A stretch of DNA of 62,717 nt, counting the filler, from a candidate division TA06 bacterium SM23_40 (GTDB lineage: Bacteria; LJUI01; SM1-40), in assembly GCA_001303705.1 (NCBI GenBank). It is 6 parts of 6 records of this genome, joined end to end, with 100 filler letters (N's around TTAATTAATTAA, not from the genome) between each part and the next. Parts side by side here need not be neighbours in the genome. Positions count along the whole stretch, not along the records: positions 32,640 to 40,176 come from LJUI01000124.1; positions 40,277 to 47,793 come from LJUI01000125.1; positions 47,894 to 55,265 come from LJUI01000126.1; 3 more parts are not named here. One strand, written 5' to 3'. The translations under genes and the position numbers were made by a program. This document shows, one piece after another, positions 38,476-48,929 of this stretch (its first letter is position 1; each line of letters starts with the position of its first letter). A model generated the notes under the pieces. The model was not told where the DNA came from, did no database searches, and was given only the letters and a program-made list of their open reading frames with translations.

Positions 38476-40176
38476 CTAGCGCGCCACCACCTCGAATGTG
38501 AACTCATCACTGGCGATGATGATCTCCGGATCTGCCCGTACCAATGCTTCGTACCGGTAGATCCCGAGCGGCGCGTCAGCCGGAACAGGGTGCACGAAGT
38601 ATGCATCGAGCGTGTCGTGCGGCGCAAGCGTGAACCCCACGGGGCCGGCGATCGGATTCCCGCCGTACGGATTCCCGTTGGGCAGCGTCACGTGTGCCTC
38701 CCCTGTGTAGCTCCCGTGCTCCCCCATAGTGTTCACGAGCAGGGCCGTGTATCCCAGTTCACCGCCCCGGGGTATGACCGTAGCATCGGGAACGAGTTCA
38801 AGGGTCACGTGAGAGACTCCTGAGACTTCTATATCGAGCGTCGTCGGCCCTCCCTGCCCGACCACCACCCCGGGATACGTCGCGGGGGCATAGTTTGGCG
38901 CGATCGCGGTCACACGGTACGTGCCGGGCTGGAGCAATTTGGCATAGAATCCTGTTTCCGGATCGCTGCGCCGGAACCAGAGAAGATCATCGGAACTGGT
39001 GGCGAATCTGAGATACGCCTCCGCGGGTGTCCCCTCTGCCCAGACTGTACCGCGCAGCCCGGGTCCGGCGAGCCTTCTCAGGAGCTCGAGAGATGCCTCG
39101 CGATTGAGCTCACAGTGATAGAGGATCTCGGATCCCGGGGGGATGAATTGATCCGCCATCTCGAATGTGTACCCCAGCATGCCATGTTTCCCATAGGCAT
39201 GGTCGGCGAACTCGCCGTTCACCCTGTACAGCTGCTGGGACGCGACCCCGGGGACGTATCCGTTATACGCGGCCATCGCCTCACCCAGGGTGGCGAAGAC
39301 CGCATGATCCGGCGTCTCGGCCACCTGATATCCCCACGGGTAGAGCACCCATCCACCGTAGGTATGGTAACTGATGCCGGCGACGAAGTTCTCCCGCGCG
39401 ATCAGATCGATAAGGGCCTGGGTCTCGGGCTCCGATCCCGCCCACGGCCCGCGATAGGTCTGATCCCAGATGAAGCCGCTCGATCCCTCGTTATCGTACC
39501 CCCATTTGTAGATATAGTTGCGATTCAGATCGACGCCCTCGTGAAATATGGCGACGTAGAAGAGATATTCGTACAGGATATGGTCGTTGTCGTTATCGCG
39601 GGTGTTCTTGCGCCACAACTCGAACTGCGGATGTGTCTGCGAGTATTCGAGCACCAGCCAGTGCCCATCAGGATTGACGAGCGGGACGAACCATATCTCC
39701 GTCGTGTCGATCCACTGGGTGATCTCCGGATTGGTGCCGTAGTTGGAGAGGAGATAGTGGAGCAGGTACAGGCACATCTCCAGGCTGAGCGGCTCTCTCG
39801 CATGGTGCTCCCCACAATAGAGGAGCGCCGGCTCGGCCTCGTCTTCATCCACGTTGTCAGAGACCTTCATCGCCCAGATGTCGTGGCCAGGGTGCCCGGG
39901 ATAACCGGCGCGACGCTCCCAGCTGTCGCCGATGTCGTACAGCCTGGCGATTTCAGGGTGCTCCGTCTCCAGCTGCTCCAGCACCTCGAGCATCTCGGCG
40001 TAGGTGTGGTACTCCGGATCGACCTCGATAGTCCCGAGATCGTGTACGACTATCTCTGTGGTGAACCCCATCCTGTCGAGCGCCGCCAGCCCCTCGCCGG
40101 TAGCGAGGACGTCGACATAGCCCTCGTGGCCCACTGCCGCTATGTCGAAATTGTGAGCGGCGATCGCCTCGATATC
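38476..40176 (-). CDS. M14 zinc carboxypeptidase paralog (5'-truncated)
   Basis: HHARE, WRKN, GVDLNRNY, SYHT and YTFEM motifs; close paralog of 36272-38098; same C-terminal module. Confidence 0.88.
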   Translation of the reverse strand, partial: DIEAIAAHNFDIAAVGHEGYVDVLATGEGLAALDRMGFTTEIVVHDLGTIEVDPEYHTYAEMLEVLEQLETEHPEIARLYDIGDSWERRAGYPGHPGHDIWAMKVSDNVDEDEAEPALLYCGEHHAREPLSLEMCLYLLHYLLSNYGTNPEITQWIDTTEIWFVPLVNPDGHWLVLEYSQTHPQFELWRKNTRDNDNDHILYEYLFYVAIFHEGVDLNRNYIYKWGYDNEGSSGFIWDQTYRGPWAGSEPETQALIDLIARENFVAGISYHTYGGWVLYPWGYQVAETPDHAVFATLGEAMAAYNGYVPGVASQQLYRVNGEFADHAYGKHGMLGYTFEMADQFIPPGSEILYHCELNREASLELLRRLAGPGLRGTVWAEGTPAEAYLRFATSSDDLLWFRRSDPETGFYAKLLQPGTYRVTAIAPNYAPATYPGVVVGQGGPTTLDIEVSGVSHVTLELVPDATVIPRGGELGYTALLVNTMGEHGSYTGEAHVTLPNGNPYGGNPIAGPVGFTLAPHDTLDAYFVHPVPADAPLGIYRYEALVRADPEIIIASDEFTFEVVAR

Positions 40177-40276
40177 NNNNNNNNNNNNNNNNNNNNNNNN
40201 NNNNNNNNNNNNNNNNNNNNTTAATTAATTAANNNNNNNNNNNNNNNNNNNNNNNNNNNNNNNNNNNNNNNNNNNN
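40177..40276. other. Artificial contig linker
   Basis: N44-TTAATTAATTAA-N44. Confidence 0.99.
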
Positions 40277-40781
40277 GGCAGCAGACCGTGGAGCAGAAGG
40301 GAGCGCCGGCATAGATATCACGGGAGCCGACGCACTGGATGAAGCCAATCCGCCGGGGGATCTGACCATCGAACGGTCTCATCGGGAGGCCGCCGAACGG
40401 GCCGGAGAAACTGAGGATGCGCTCGAACTCCATGCTCGATACGACGTCGAGACTCAAGGAGTACCCCAGGCCCCGCGCGCGGCTGGCATCGAACTCGCTC
40501 CCCCCCGGCGCGAGTATCACTGCACCTATATCAAGAGTTACCGTCTCCGGGATCTCATCATAGACGATTGCCCTGCGATCGCACTCGGCGAGACAGAGCC
40601 CACACCCGATACACCGGCGGCAGGCGAGACAGCGGCGGGCCTCGGCTACGGCTACCTCCTGGACGAACCCGAGATCGACCTCGGCGAACGGATCCTCTCG
40701 TTCCGTAGCCGGAGACTGCTGAGTTGTATGACGAGGAGATGGAATATCCTCGAAGTCAGGAACGAACTTCTTCTTCTTCAT
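40277..40781 (-). CDS. HdrA-like Fe-S flavoprotein fragment (3'-truncated)
   Basis: EARRCLAC, CIGCGLCLAEC, MEFERILS..GP..G and IQCVGSRD...CSTVCC motifs. Confidence 0.8.
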
Positions 40782-40791
40782 CGCCCTCGGC

Positions 40792-42492
40792 CTAACCTCC
40801 CGCCAGATACCTGGCCATCGCTGCCGCTGCCCGGTGGCCCGCGGCTATCGCCTCGATCACGGTCGCAGGCCCGGTCACTGCATCTCCACCGGAGAAGATA
40901 CGCCGTCGATTTGTTTCACCTGTCTCCTCATCGACGATGAATGAACTCCACCGTGAGATATCGAGCCCGTGCTCCTGGGGAAGGAAATCGAGATCCGGCT
41001 GCTGGCTGATCGCCGGGATGATCAGGTCACACGCGATCTCGAACTCCGAACCCTCAATGGGAATCGGCCGCCGCCGGCCGCTCGCATCGGGCTTGCCCAG
41101 TTCCATTCTCGTTGCGATCATCCCGACCACTCTTCCCTGCTCCCCCAGAATCCTGACTGGCGCTGCCAGATAGTGGATGTCGATCCCTTCGTGCTCAGCC
41201 TCCTCGATCTCCCAGGGATTGGCGGGCATCTCGCGCCGCGATCTCCGATAGAGAATCGTCACCTTCTCGCACCCGAGCCTGAGAGCGGTGCGGGCGGAAT
41301 CGATCGCTGAGTTCCCCCCTCCTACGACAATCACCCGATCGGCCGGCCTTGTGCGGTCACCCAGATTGACGCCGCGCAGAAACTCGACGCAGTCGAGGAG
41401 ACCCTCATACTCTTCCTCGCCGGGGATCCCCAGCTTGAGCCCTCTGTGCGCACCTACCCCGAGGAAGACCGCACGGTAGCCATCGGCGAGGAGGTCGTCT
41501 ATGGAGGGATCGGTCCCCACCTCGGTATTGAGCTTGATCTCCACACCGAGCGCCCGGATATAGTCGACTTCTGTCTCGATGATATCCCGCGGCAACCGGT
41601 ACTCCGGGATGCCGAGGTACAGCATCCCGCCGGGCACCGGTGCTTTCTCGAAGACAGTCGACCCGTATCCCATCAGCGCCAGATCGTGTGCGACAGTGAG
41701 GCCTGCCGGCCCTGCCCCCACGATCGCCGCACGGGCCGAGTTCCGCCTAGCTGGCGGCTTCGGTGGTAACAGCTTCCCCTGACGTCGCAGCCCGAGTTCA
41801 TAGTCCGCGGCGAACCGCTTTATCGCATCAATGGCAATCGGCTCATCCTCAGCGCCTCGATTGCAGGCCGCCTCACAGGGATGATGGCACACACGTCCGC
41901 ATACGGCAGGAAAGGGGTTCCGTTCCCGTACCGTCCGGAGCGCCTCTTCAAACCGGCCGCTCGCCACAAGGCCCACATATCTCCTGATATCGATATGGAC
42001 CGGACAGGTCTGCTGGCAGATGGGGGTCTCCGTCTCGATGTTGAAATTTCCACATGGAGACCGTGGATTCTCGACGTCGATGGCGGTCCGGAGCCCGATT
42101 CCCTCGTTCTGCTCGTGGTAGATCTTGATGGGGCAGACCTGCACACACACGCCGCATCGATCGCACTCCTCTGTCACGCGCAACGGATACTTGAGGATGT
42201 GGGCAGTGAATGCCCCCTTCTCTCCCTCCAGCTTGGTGAGTTCGGCGTTCGGGACGAAGGTGATGTTACGATGCCGGCGCACGCGGTCGATGAGCGGGGC
42301 GACCTCGCACGAGGCGGCCATATCCCCGGGATCTGCCCCAATCCTGTCAAGGCGTCCGGCAAGCCCTCCCATCGACGGAAGCCGCTCGACGAGATAGACG
42401 CTCACTCCCATATCCGCCAGTTCGAGCGCGGAACGGAGCCCCGACACTCCGGCGCCCACGACGAGAACCGATGGACTCTTCTCACCCGGCAC
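40792..42492 (-). CDS. HdrA N-terminal / GltD-like FAD-NAD(P) oxidoreductase (HdrL-type segment)
   Basis: VLVVGAGVSG, CDRCGVCVQVCP, CGRVCHHPCE, GAGPAG, GGGNSAID and GGDAVTGP motifs; GTG start with an AGGAGG RBS overlapping the mvhD stop. Confidence 0.85.
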   Translation of the reverse strand: MPGEKSPSVLVVGAGVSGLRSALELADMGVSVYLVERLPSMGGLAGRLDRIGADPGDMAASCEVAPLIDRVRRHRNITFVPNAELTKLEGEKGAFTAHILKYPLRVTEECDRCGVCVQVCPIKIYHEQNEGIGLRTAIDVENPRSPCGNFNIETETPICQQTCPVHIDIRRYVGLVASGRFEEALRTVRERNPFPAVCGRVCHHPCEAACNRGAEDEPIAIDAIKRFAADYELGLRRQGKLLPPKPPARRNSARAAIVGAGPAGLTVAHDLALMGYGSTVFEKAPVPGGMLYLGIPEYRLPRDIIETEVDYIRALGVEIKLNTEVGTDPSIDDLLADGYRAVFLGVGAHRGLKLGIPGEEEYEGLLDCVEFLRGVNLGDRTRPADRVIVVGGGNSAIDSARTALRLGCEKVTILYRRSRREMPANPWEIEEAEHEGIDIHYLAAPVRILGEQGRVVGMIATRMELGKPDASGRRRPIPIEGSEFEIACDLIIPAISQQPDLDFLPQEHGLDISRWSSFIVDEETGETNRRRIFSGGDAVTGPATVIEAIAAGHRAAAAMARYLAGG

Positions 42493-43276
42493 GACACTCG
42501 CCTCCTGCCCGCTCCGCAACAGCTTGCCAGAGCGGCGTAGTCTCTTTGATGTCACCGATATCGGCCAGACCGAGTCTTCGCAACTCAGCAAGATGGCGCA
42601 GCACGATGGCCGGCCGCCGTCCCAACATCTTCGCCAGATCGGTCGCCGAAACACCCCCTACCCTGCCGTCTTGCAGGATATGCATTATGAGGTGTTTCGC
42701 GTATTCGTCACCTGCGACCTCCTCGAACAGCCGCCCCAGCTCATGTTCAGTGAACATCTCGCCGTACAGATTGCCCTCGGCGTTGAACGCCGTTGCCTTC
42801 CCCGCGATCCAGCGGAGCTTTTTCCCCTCAACCGCCGTCTTGGCTGCTCTGAGCCTGAGGGCGAGCGGAAGGGAGTCTCCTCCTCCTCCGTCCAGTGGCC
42901 CTAGCTCATCTATAGTCGCGACGAACTCCGAGACATATGAGACGAACTTGGCCCCCTCAGCTGAAGACATCATCCTGAGTACGAGCCTCGCTGGATCGAT
43001 CCCCGACCGTGCGAGCACCCGGCGGGTCAGATCCATCTTGACCTTCGCCTCCAGATTGCCTGTCGAGTAGTGACATTCCCCCTCCAGGCAGGTGCCCACG
43101 AAGACACCGTCTGCCCCGCCGGCGAATGCCTCGATGACGAATGAGGGGTCGACCCGGCCCCCGCACATGACCCGGATGACCCGCACGTCTGTTGGATACT
43201 GGAGTCTCGCAACCCCGGCGAGATCTGCTGCTCCGTATGCTCACCAGTTACAGCAGAACGCGATGATCTTGCTCAT
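42482..43276 (-). CDS. mvhD: MvhD/FlpD [2Fe-2S] subunit with C-terminal extension; selenoprotein (Sec12)
   Basis: Reads MSKIIAFCCNW-TGA-AYGAADLAG...RVIRVMCGGRVDP...GTCLEGECHY, with the TGA (43241-43243) at the conserved Cys position. Confidence 0.88.
43201..43240 (-). promoter_or_regulatory. Putative bacterial SECIS element of mvhD
   Basis: Directly after the UGA: GGAG...TCTCGC-CGGGGTT-GCGAGA-CTCC stem-loop. Confidence 0.7.
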
Positions 43277-43388
43277 GAATCAGTCCTCTGAAAATCCACC
43301 GATGGCGATCGTCCCTTTCCCTTCCCCTCTACCCGTTCACATCCATGTATCTAGTTTCTATCAGTTGCTCACCCTCTTACTCACATCT

Positions 43389-43719
43389 CTCCGGTGAAGG
43401 TCTGTTCACGACTGACTCACCCTCAACTCTGGGGTGAAGCTCGAACCCGGCACTACGCCGCTCGATAACCTTCAAAACCCAGGTACGTCCCCGTAATCCG
43501 ATACAGAACCTACCAACGTCCCTCCGGTGAAGGTCTGTTCACGATTGACTCACCCTCATCTCTATCGTAAACCTCGAATCCGGGACTATCTCGCTCGATA
43601 ACCTTCAAAACCCAGGTACGTCCCCGCTCGACGGCCAGGATCATCCCGGAACCTTCTGAACCTACTAACGTCCCCGACCGGGGTCATCCCCGGAACCTTC
43701 TGAACCTACCAACGTCCCC
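43389..43719 (-). repeat. 28-bp dispersed repeat, cluster D (4 full + 1 partial), embedded in a ~105-bp direct duplication with 133-bp period
   Basis: Copies at 43465, 43504 (partial), 43598, 43648 and 43692; CTCCGGTGAAGGTCTGTTCACGA starts at both 43389 and 43522. Confidence 0.92.
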
Positions 43720-43721
43720 GG

Positions 43722-45401
43722 TTATTGTTGGAAGGCGGCGCGGATCTGGGCGACGAACTGCTCGTCTGTGAAGTGGCTCATCCGGATCGCCCTGCGATAG
43801 CAGCTCGCTCCGCACACTCCGCACCCTTTGCATGCTGCTTCGTGCATCTTCGCCTTCGGCCCACGGGGGGTTTCAACGATTTCGATGGCGCCGTACGGGC
43901 AGAGATCCCGACATAAGCCACACCCTCGACAGAGTTCCTCATCGGCCAGGATGGAGATGAGCGGCTCTACGCATACCGAACCGCGCATCAGGGGCACCGC
44001 CGCCCTGGCCGCAACACCGCGGGCCTGCGAGATGCTCTCCTCGATGCTCGCCGGCCACCGCGCGGTGCCGCAGACGAAGATCCCATCCGTTGCGAAGTCA
44101 AGGGGCCTCAGTTTCAGATGGGCCTCGAGAAAGAAGTGGTGCTCGTCCAGGGCGACTTTGAGCATCCTGCTCATCTCCTGTGCCCCCTCCGGCGCCACCA
44201 ATGGGGATGAGAGGACGACGATATCAGGCGTGAGTTCGAGTGTCCGGGCCAGCACGGGGCCCCAGACGACAACGCGGCCGTCTTCCACGGCCGGGGGCGC
44301 ATCGGGCGCATAGTTGACGAATCGAACACCGACCTCCTTCGCCTCCTGAAGCAACTGCTCGTACCTGACCCCGATCGTCATGAGATCGCGGTACAGCACC
44401 CACACTCTCGTGTTCGGATTGCGACGCCGCAGAAGAACGGCGTTCTTGAGCGCTGCGGCACAACAGATACGAGAACAGTACACACGATCCGGCATCCTCG
44501 ACCCGGCGCAGAGAATCATGACGACTTCAACCGCGTCCGGTCCTCCCGCTGCCAGCACTCGTTCGAACTCGAGCTGCGTGACGACACGCTCCCCGTCATA
44601 CCCCATGATTCCCTCAGGGACGAGTTCATCTGCGCCGGTGGCGACGACTATGACGCCGACCCTGATAGGAGTGATCTCTCCGCCCCGCTGCCTCACCTGT
44701 ACGTCGTACTTCCCGATATATCCTGCCACACCTGCCACCTCGCTGCCCACCAGAACGTTCACCCTGGGGTGCTCGCGAACCGCATTCGCCGCCTCCATCA
44801 GTATCTCCGATGCGGGCAGATCGGCGGGATAGATTGAATGGATGTGACGGAGCAACCCTCCCAGTTCCTCCTCGCGCTCCACGAGGTAGACCTCGCACCC
44901 CAGCTCGGCAAGATGGTAGGCTACCGTCATCCCCGCAATACCGCCCCCGATGACGAGAGCCCTCGGCTCGACTCCGACGACGATCTCGTCTTTGGGCTCC
45001 AGAAAGGCAGCACGAGCTACCCCCATCCGCACCAGATCCTTCGCCTTCCCGGTAGCCGGCTCTGGCTCGCTTTTGTGCACCCAGGAGCAGTGCTCTCTTA
45101 TGTTCACGAACTCGAACAGGAACTTGTTGAGTCCCGCATCCTGACAGGCGGCGCGGAAGATGGGCTCGTGAGTCCGGGGCGTACACGCCGCGACCACAAC
45201 CCGATTCAGATCGTGCTCCTGAATGCCGCGGCGGATCTCGGCAACGCCGGCCTCCGAGCAGGTGAAGAGATTTTCCTGCACGAGAACAACGCCGGGAAGT
45301 CCCCGAGCATACTCGGCCACCTCAGCTGTGTCGAGAAAGCCGGCGATGTTCGTGCCGCATTTGCAGACGAAGACGCCTATCCGCAGTTCATCTTCCGCCA
45401 C
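43722..45401 (-). CDS. hdrA: Heterodisulfide reductase subunit A-like protein
   Basis: IGVFVCKCGTNIAG, VVAACTPRTHE, NIREHCSWVH, GGGIAG and CSRICC motifs; C-terminal 2x[4Fe-4S] ferredoxin. Confidence 0.9.
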   Translation of the reverse strand: MAEDELRIGVFVCKCGTNIAGFLDTAEVAEYARGLPGVVLVQENLFTCSEAGVAEIRRGIQEHDLNRVVVAACTPRTHEPIFRAACQDAGLNKFLFEFVNIREHCSWVHKSEPEPATGKAKDLVRMGVARAAFLEPKDEIVVGVEPRALVIGGGIAGMTVAYHLAELGCEVYLVEREEELGGLLRHIHSIYPADLPASEILMEAANAVREHPRVNVLVGSEVAGVAGYIGKYDVQVRQRGGEITPIRVGVIVVATGADELVPEGIMGYDGERVVTQLEFERVLAAGGPDAVEVVMILCAGSRMPDRVYCSRICCAAALKNAVLLRRRNPNTRVWVLYRDLMTIGVRYEQLLQEAKEVGVRFVNYAPDAPPAVEDGRVVVWGPVLARTLELTPDIVVLSSPLVAPEGAQEMSRMLKVALDEHHFFLEAHLKLRPLDFATDGIFVCGTARWPASIEESISQARGVAARAAVPLMRGSVCVEPLISILADEELCRGCGLCRDLCPYGAIEIVETPRGPKAKMHEAACKGCGVCGASCYRRAIRMSHFTDEQFVAQIRAAFQQ

Positions 45402-45495
45402 GCTTCTACTCCGTTAGTAACGGCCAACTCCAAGATCCGGCAACGCCGATCTCTGCACACGTGTCGCGATCGACTCGAACTGCCCCGCTCCCACT

Positions 45496-46785
45496 CTACT
45501 TCCGACACACCACGATCCGGGCGGCCAGGGCAGCAGCCGCGCTCGCCTGGCAGACCGACTCCGGGATATCCGCCGGCCCGCGGCAGAATCCGCAGGCGAA
45601 GATGCCCTCCACACTCGTCTCCTCACCAGAGCGGCCATTGCCTCTGATGAACCCGTGCTCATCCACCTCCAGGGTCAATAGACGCGCGATCTCGGCCGTT
45701 CCCCTGCTGGGGACCGCCGCGGTCGCCAGAACGACGAGATCGACCGTGAGGCTGGAGACGGCGCCCGTCCTTGTGTCTTCAAACCAGAGCACAGGGTTGT
45801 GCTCGTCGTCTTCCGTGATCTCGGCCACTCTGCCTCGTATGTACTCTATCCCGTAGTCCTCCTCCCCCCGGATCTGGTACCGCTGGAACCACTTACCGGC
45901 ATTGCGAAAATCAGTATGGAATATGTATGACATCGACTTCGGATCGTGCTCCCGCGCCAGCATCGCATCCTTGATCGAACACATGCAGCAGATACTCGAA
46001 CAGTAGTTGCAGTAGCGCGTATCACGCGATCCGACACACTGGACGTACCCGACCCGCTCAGCCAGCTTCCCATCAGAGGGGCGGAGAAGGTGTCCCTGGG
46101 TCGGGCCGGTGGCATTGATGAGCCGCTCATACTCCAGGCCCGTGATCACGTTGGGGATCCGTCCGTACCCATACTCAACGAGCTGCGAGGGATCGAACAG
46201 ATCGAGACCGGTGGCAACAACGATGGCGCCCACATCGAGCTCGACATCTCTCTCCGACTGCTCGAAGTCAATGGCCTCCCTCTCACAGACCCGTTCGCAG
46301 ACACGGCACTTCCCTTTTTCGAAATATATGCATGCGTCAGGGTCGATTGTCATTACTGCCGGGATTCCCTGGGCGAAGTAGAGGTAGATGGCGCGCCGCT
46401 CCCGGAGCGTCATATCGAACTCGTCCGGAACCTTCTTGGGACACTTCTCGACGCAGAGGCCGCAGGCGGTACAGCGTTCTTCATCGACGTACCGCGCGCG
46501 CCGGCGCACCTTCACCCTGAAGTCACCGACTGATCCCGACACGTCGATGACATCGCTGTAGGCGAGGAGCTCAATCCTGGGATGCCGACCGGCATCCAAC
46601 ATCTTCGGCGCCAGGATTCATATCGAGCAGTCGTTCGTGGGAAAGGTCTTGTCGAGCTGGGACATCCGCCCGCCGATACTCGGCTTCGATTCGACGAGGT
46701 GGACGTCGATCCCCATCTCGGCAAGATCGAGCGACGCCTGAATTCCGGCGATTCCGCCGCCTATCACCAGCACACCCTTACCCAT
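45496..46785 (-). CDS. hdrA: Heterodisulfide reductase subunit A-like selenoprotein (Sec56)
   Basis: Reads [14 protein letters not shown]...[22 protein letters not shown], with the TGA (46618-46620) at the conserved Cys; inserted ferredoxin; CSSICC motif. Confidence 0.9.
46573..46617 (-). promoter_or_regulatory. Putative bacterial SECIS element of hdrA
   Basis: Directly after the UGA: ATCCTG...GGATGCC-GGTC-GGCATCC-CAGGAT, a two-stem hairpin. Confidence 0.78.
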
Positions 46786-46823
46786 CAATCATATCCTCTA
46801 CGTGCGTACCGCTCCTTCCCGAC

Positions 46824-47793
46824 TCAGCCCTCCTTCAGGGCCTCGGCCAACAGACTGAGAAGATCCTGCATCTCGATCTTCACGTCTGTGTCATCATTCC
46901 GCAACGCACATGAAAGATGTATCCGACACTTGGGGCAGGCAGTGATGAGATGTTCGGCTCCGGATGCCCCTGCCTGCCGCAGCCTCTCTACCTGGATCGC
47001 CTTGTTGGCCGCCGTGCAGTTCATCCATCCGCTCGATCCGCAGCAGATCGCATTCTCCATCGTCTCCTTCATCTCGACGAGCTCGACCTCCGGCAACGCA
47101 CGGATGAGCTCCCGCGGCTGCTCGTACACCCCCGAGAATCTCCCCAGCCGACACGGATCCTGGTATGTGACGATCCGGGGTGTCGGGCTGAATTCGAGAC
47201 GCCCCTCCCTAACGGCCTCGACGAGCAGGTCGAAGATGTGGACGACCTCGACACCCAGGTCCCCGAGCTGCTCGGGATACACCGCCTTGAGCATGTGATA
47301 GCACTCGGGACAGGATACGACGACCCTGCGCGCACCCGAGCTCCGGATGAAGTCGAGATTGCGGCGACCCAGTTCACGAAACGTTTCGACATCCCCTGCC
47401 CAGAAGGGATCGTGCCCGCAACACCGCTCCTCATTGGAGACGATGGGCTGAATGCCGAGATGATTGAGGAGACGCACAGTATCTCGCGCCGCCCCGGTCA
47501 GGCTTATCGACAGATCCTCGAAGATGGTATCGAAGTACGGAGCACACCCGACGAAGTAGAGATATTCCCCCTCAGTTGCCGTCTGCAACGTGTCGTCGAT
47601 CCAGTCGAGTCTCCTCTGATCCAGGCCCCAGCCCTGGATCTCCATCATGTCCAGAACCACGCGCCCATGGGTATGGACAGGGGCGCTCTCTCTGGCCGCC
47701 GACTCGACGCGCATCAGCCTCATGAACTCCGTGAACCCTACGCCTGCCGGGCAGCGGCCCTCGCAGGCCCGGCAGGTGAGGCAGGACCAGAGA
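46824..47793 (-). CDS. HdrD/GlcF-like Fe-S oxidoreductase with two CCG domains (5'-truncated)
   Basis: WSCLTCRACEGRCP, ERCCG, SCPEC, YQDPCRLGR, ICCG and TACPKC motifs. Confidence 0.88.
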
Positions 47794-47893
47794 NNNNNNN
47801 NNNNNNNNNNNNNNNNNNNNNNNNNNNNNNNNNNNNNTTAATTAATTAANNNNNNNNNNNNNNNNNNNNNNNNNNNNNNNNNNNNNNNNNNNN
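47794..47893. other. Artificial contig linker
   Basis: N44-TTAATTAATTAA-N44. Confidence 0.99.
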
Positions 47894-47894
47894 C

Positions 47895-48929
47895 GGCGGA
47901 GGGCTTTACTGTTGGAGCTCTTCTCCTAGCATTGTGGGGAACACGATCGCCGGGAATGTCGCCGCCGAGGGTGGGGGCGGCATCCGATGCTACGGCGACG
48001 CCGCTCCGACTATCGAAGGGAACGCCATCGTGGGGAACACGGCCGCGGTCGGCGGCGGTGGAGTGTGCTGCTGGGACCATTCCTCGCCGCTCATGGTTGG
48101 GAACAGAATCTCGGGGAATACCACAGGGAGCGGCGGCGGCATTTACTGCTACGACAACTCTTCCCCGATTATCGTGGGCAACACGATCGTGGGAAACAAT
48201 GCGGAGTACGGGGGAGGCATTCGCTGCCGCGACTCCTCTTCTCCGGTGATCGTCGGCTGCACGTTTGCGGACAACTGGGCTGGGGGGTACGGCGGGGCAA
48301 TCCACAACTATAGTTCCTCTCCGATAGTGATCAGCACAATCCTCTGGGGGGATAGTGCCGGAACGGCTGGTGCGGAGATCTACTCGGTGGGCGTCGATAC
48401 GGTTGTCGTTTCCTATTCAGATGTGGAGGGCGGGTGGCCGGGCGAAGGCAACATCGACGCCGACCCGACGTTCGTACTGGCATCCGAGCGAGACTACCGA
48501 CTCCTCTGGCATTCGCCCTGCATCGATGCTGGACATCCTGACTCCCTGGATCCCGACGCCACGAGGAGCGACATGGGTGCGTTCTTCTTCGACCAGGACG
48601 ACTACCTTACACTCTACCTGACGCCTGATGCTATGGTGGTGTCGCAGGGTGAGGAGCTTGGTGTGACGTATACTGTCATCAATCGGTGGGCGCAGCCGGA
48701 AGCGTTCTGGGTACTGGCGGAGGCGGCCCTTCCAGGCGGGGGCACCCTGAACGTCTTCGGACCTGATCAGTACATACTGCCTGCCGACGCCATTGTGCAG
48801 CGCCATCTTAGTCACTCGGTGCCCGGCTCAGCGCCGCTCGGCATGTACGGGTACCGTTCCAGGATCGGGGTGCCTCCCTCTTCACTCTATGATGAGGATA
48901 GCTTCAGGTTCGTTGTCGTCGAGCCGTAA
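47895..48929 (+). CDS. Parallel beta-helix protein with the shared C-terminal module (5'-truncated)
   Basis: GGGI.C repeats, GNIDADP and SPCIDAG, then LYLTPD...HSVPGSAPLGMY...LYDEDSFRF. Confidence 0.82.
   Translation, partial: GGGLYCWSSSPSIVGNTIAGNVAAEGGGGIRCYGDAAPTIEGNAIVGNTAAVGGGGVCCWDHSSPLMVGNRISGNTTGSGGGIYCYDNSSPIIVGNTIVGNNAEYGGGIRCRDSSSPVIVGCTFADNWAGGYGGAIHNYSSSPIVISTILWGDSAGTAGAEIYSVGVDTVVVSYSDVEGGWPGEGNIDADPTFVLASERDYRLLWHSPCIDAGHPDSLDPDATRSDMGAFFFDQDDYLTLYLTPDAMVVSQGEELGVTYTVINRWAQPEAFWVLAEAALPGGGTLNVFGPDQYILPADAIVQRHLSHSVPGSAPLGMYGYRSRIGVPPSSLYDEDSFRFVVVEP

Noticed and set aside
42482-46785. UGA codons as pseudogene stops or genome-wide UGA recoding
   Set aside because: Both fall on conserved Cys positions with downstream hairpins, while many other genes terminate normally at TGA.
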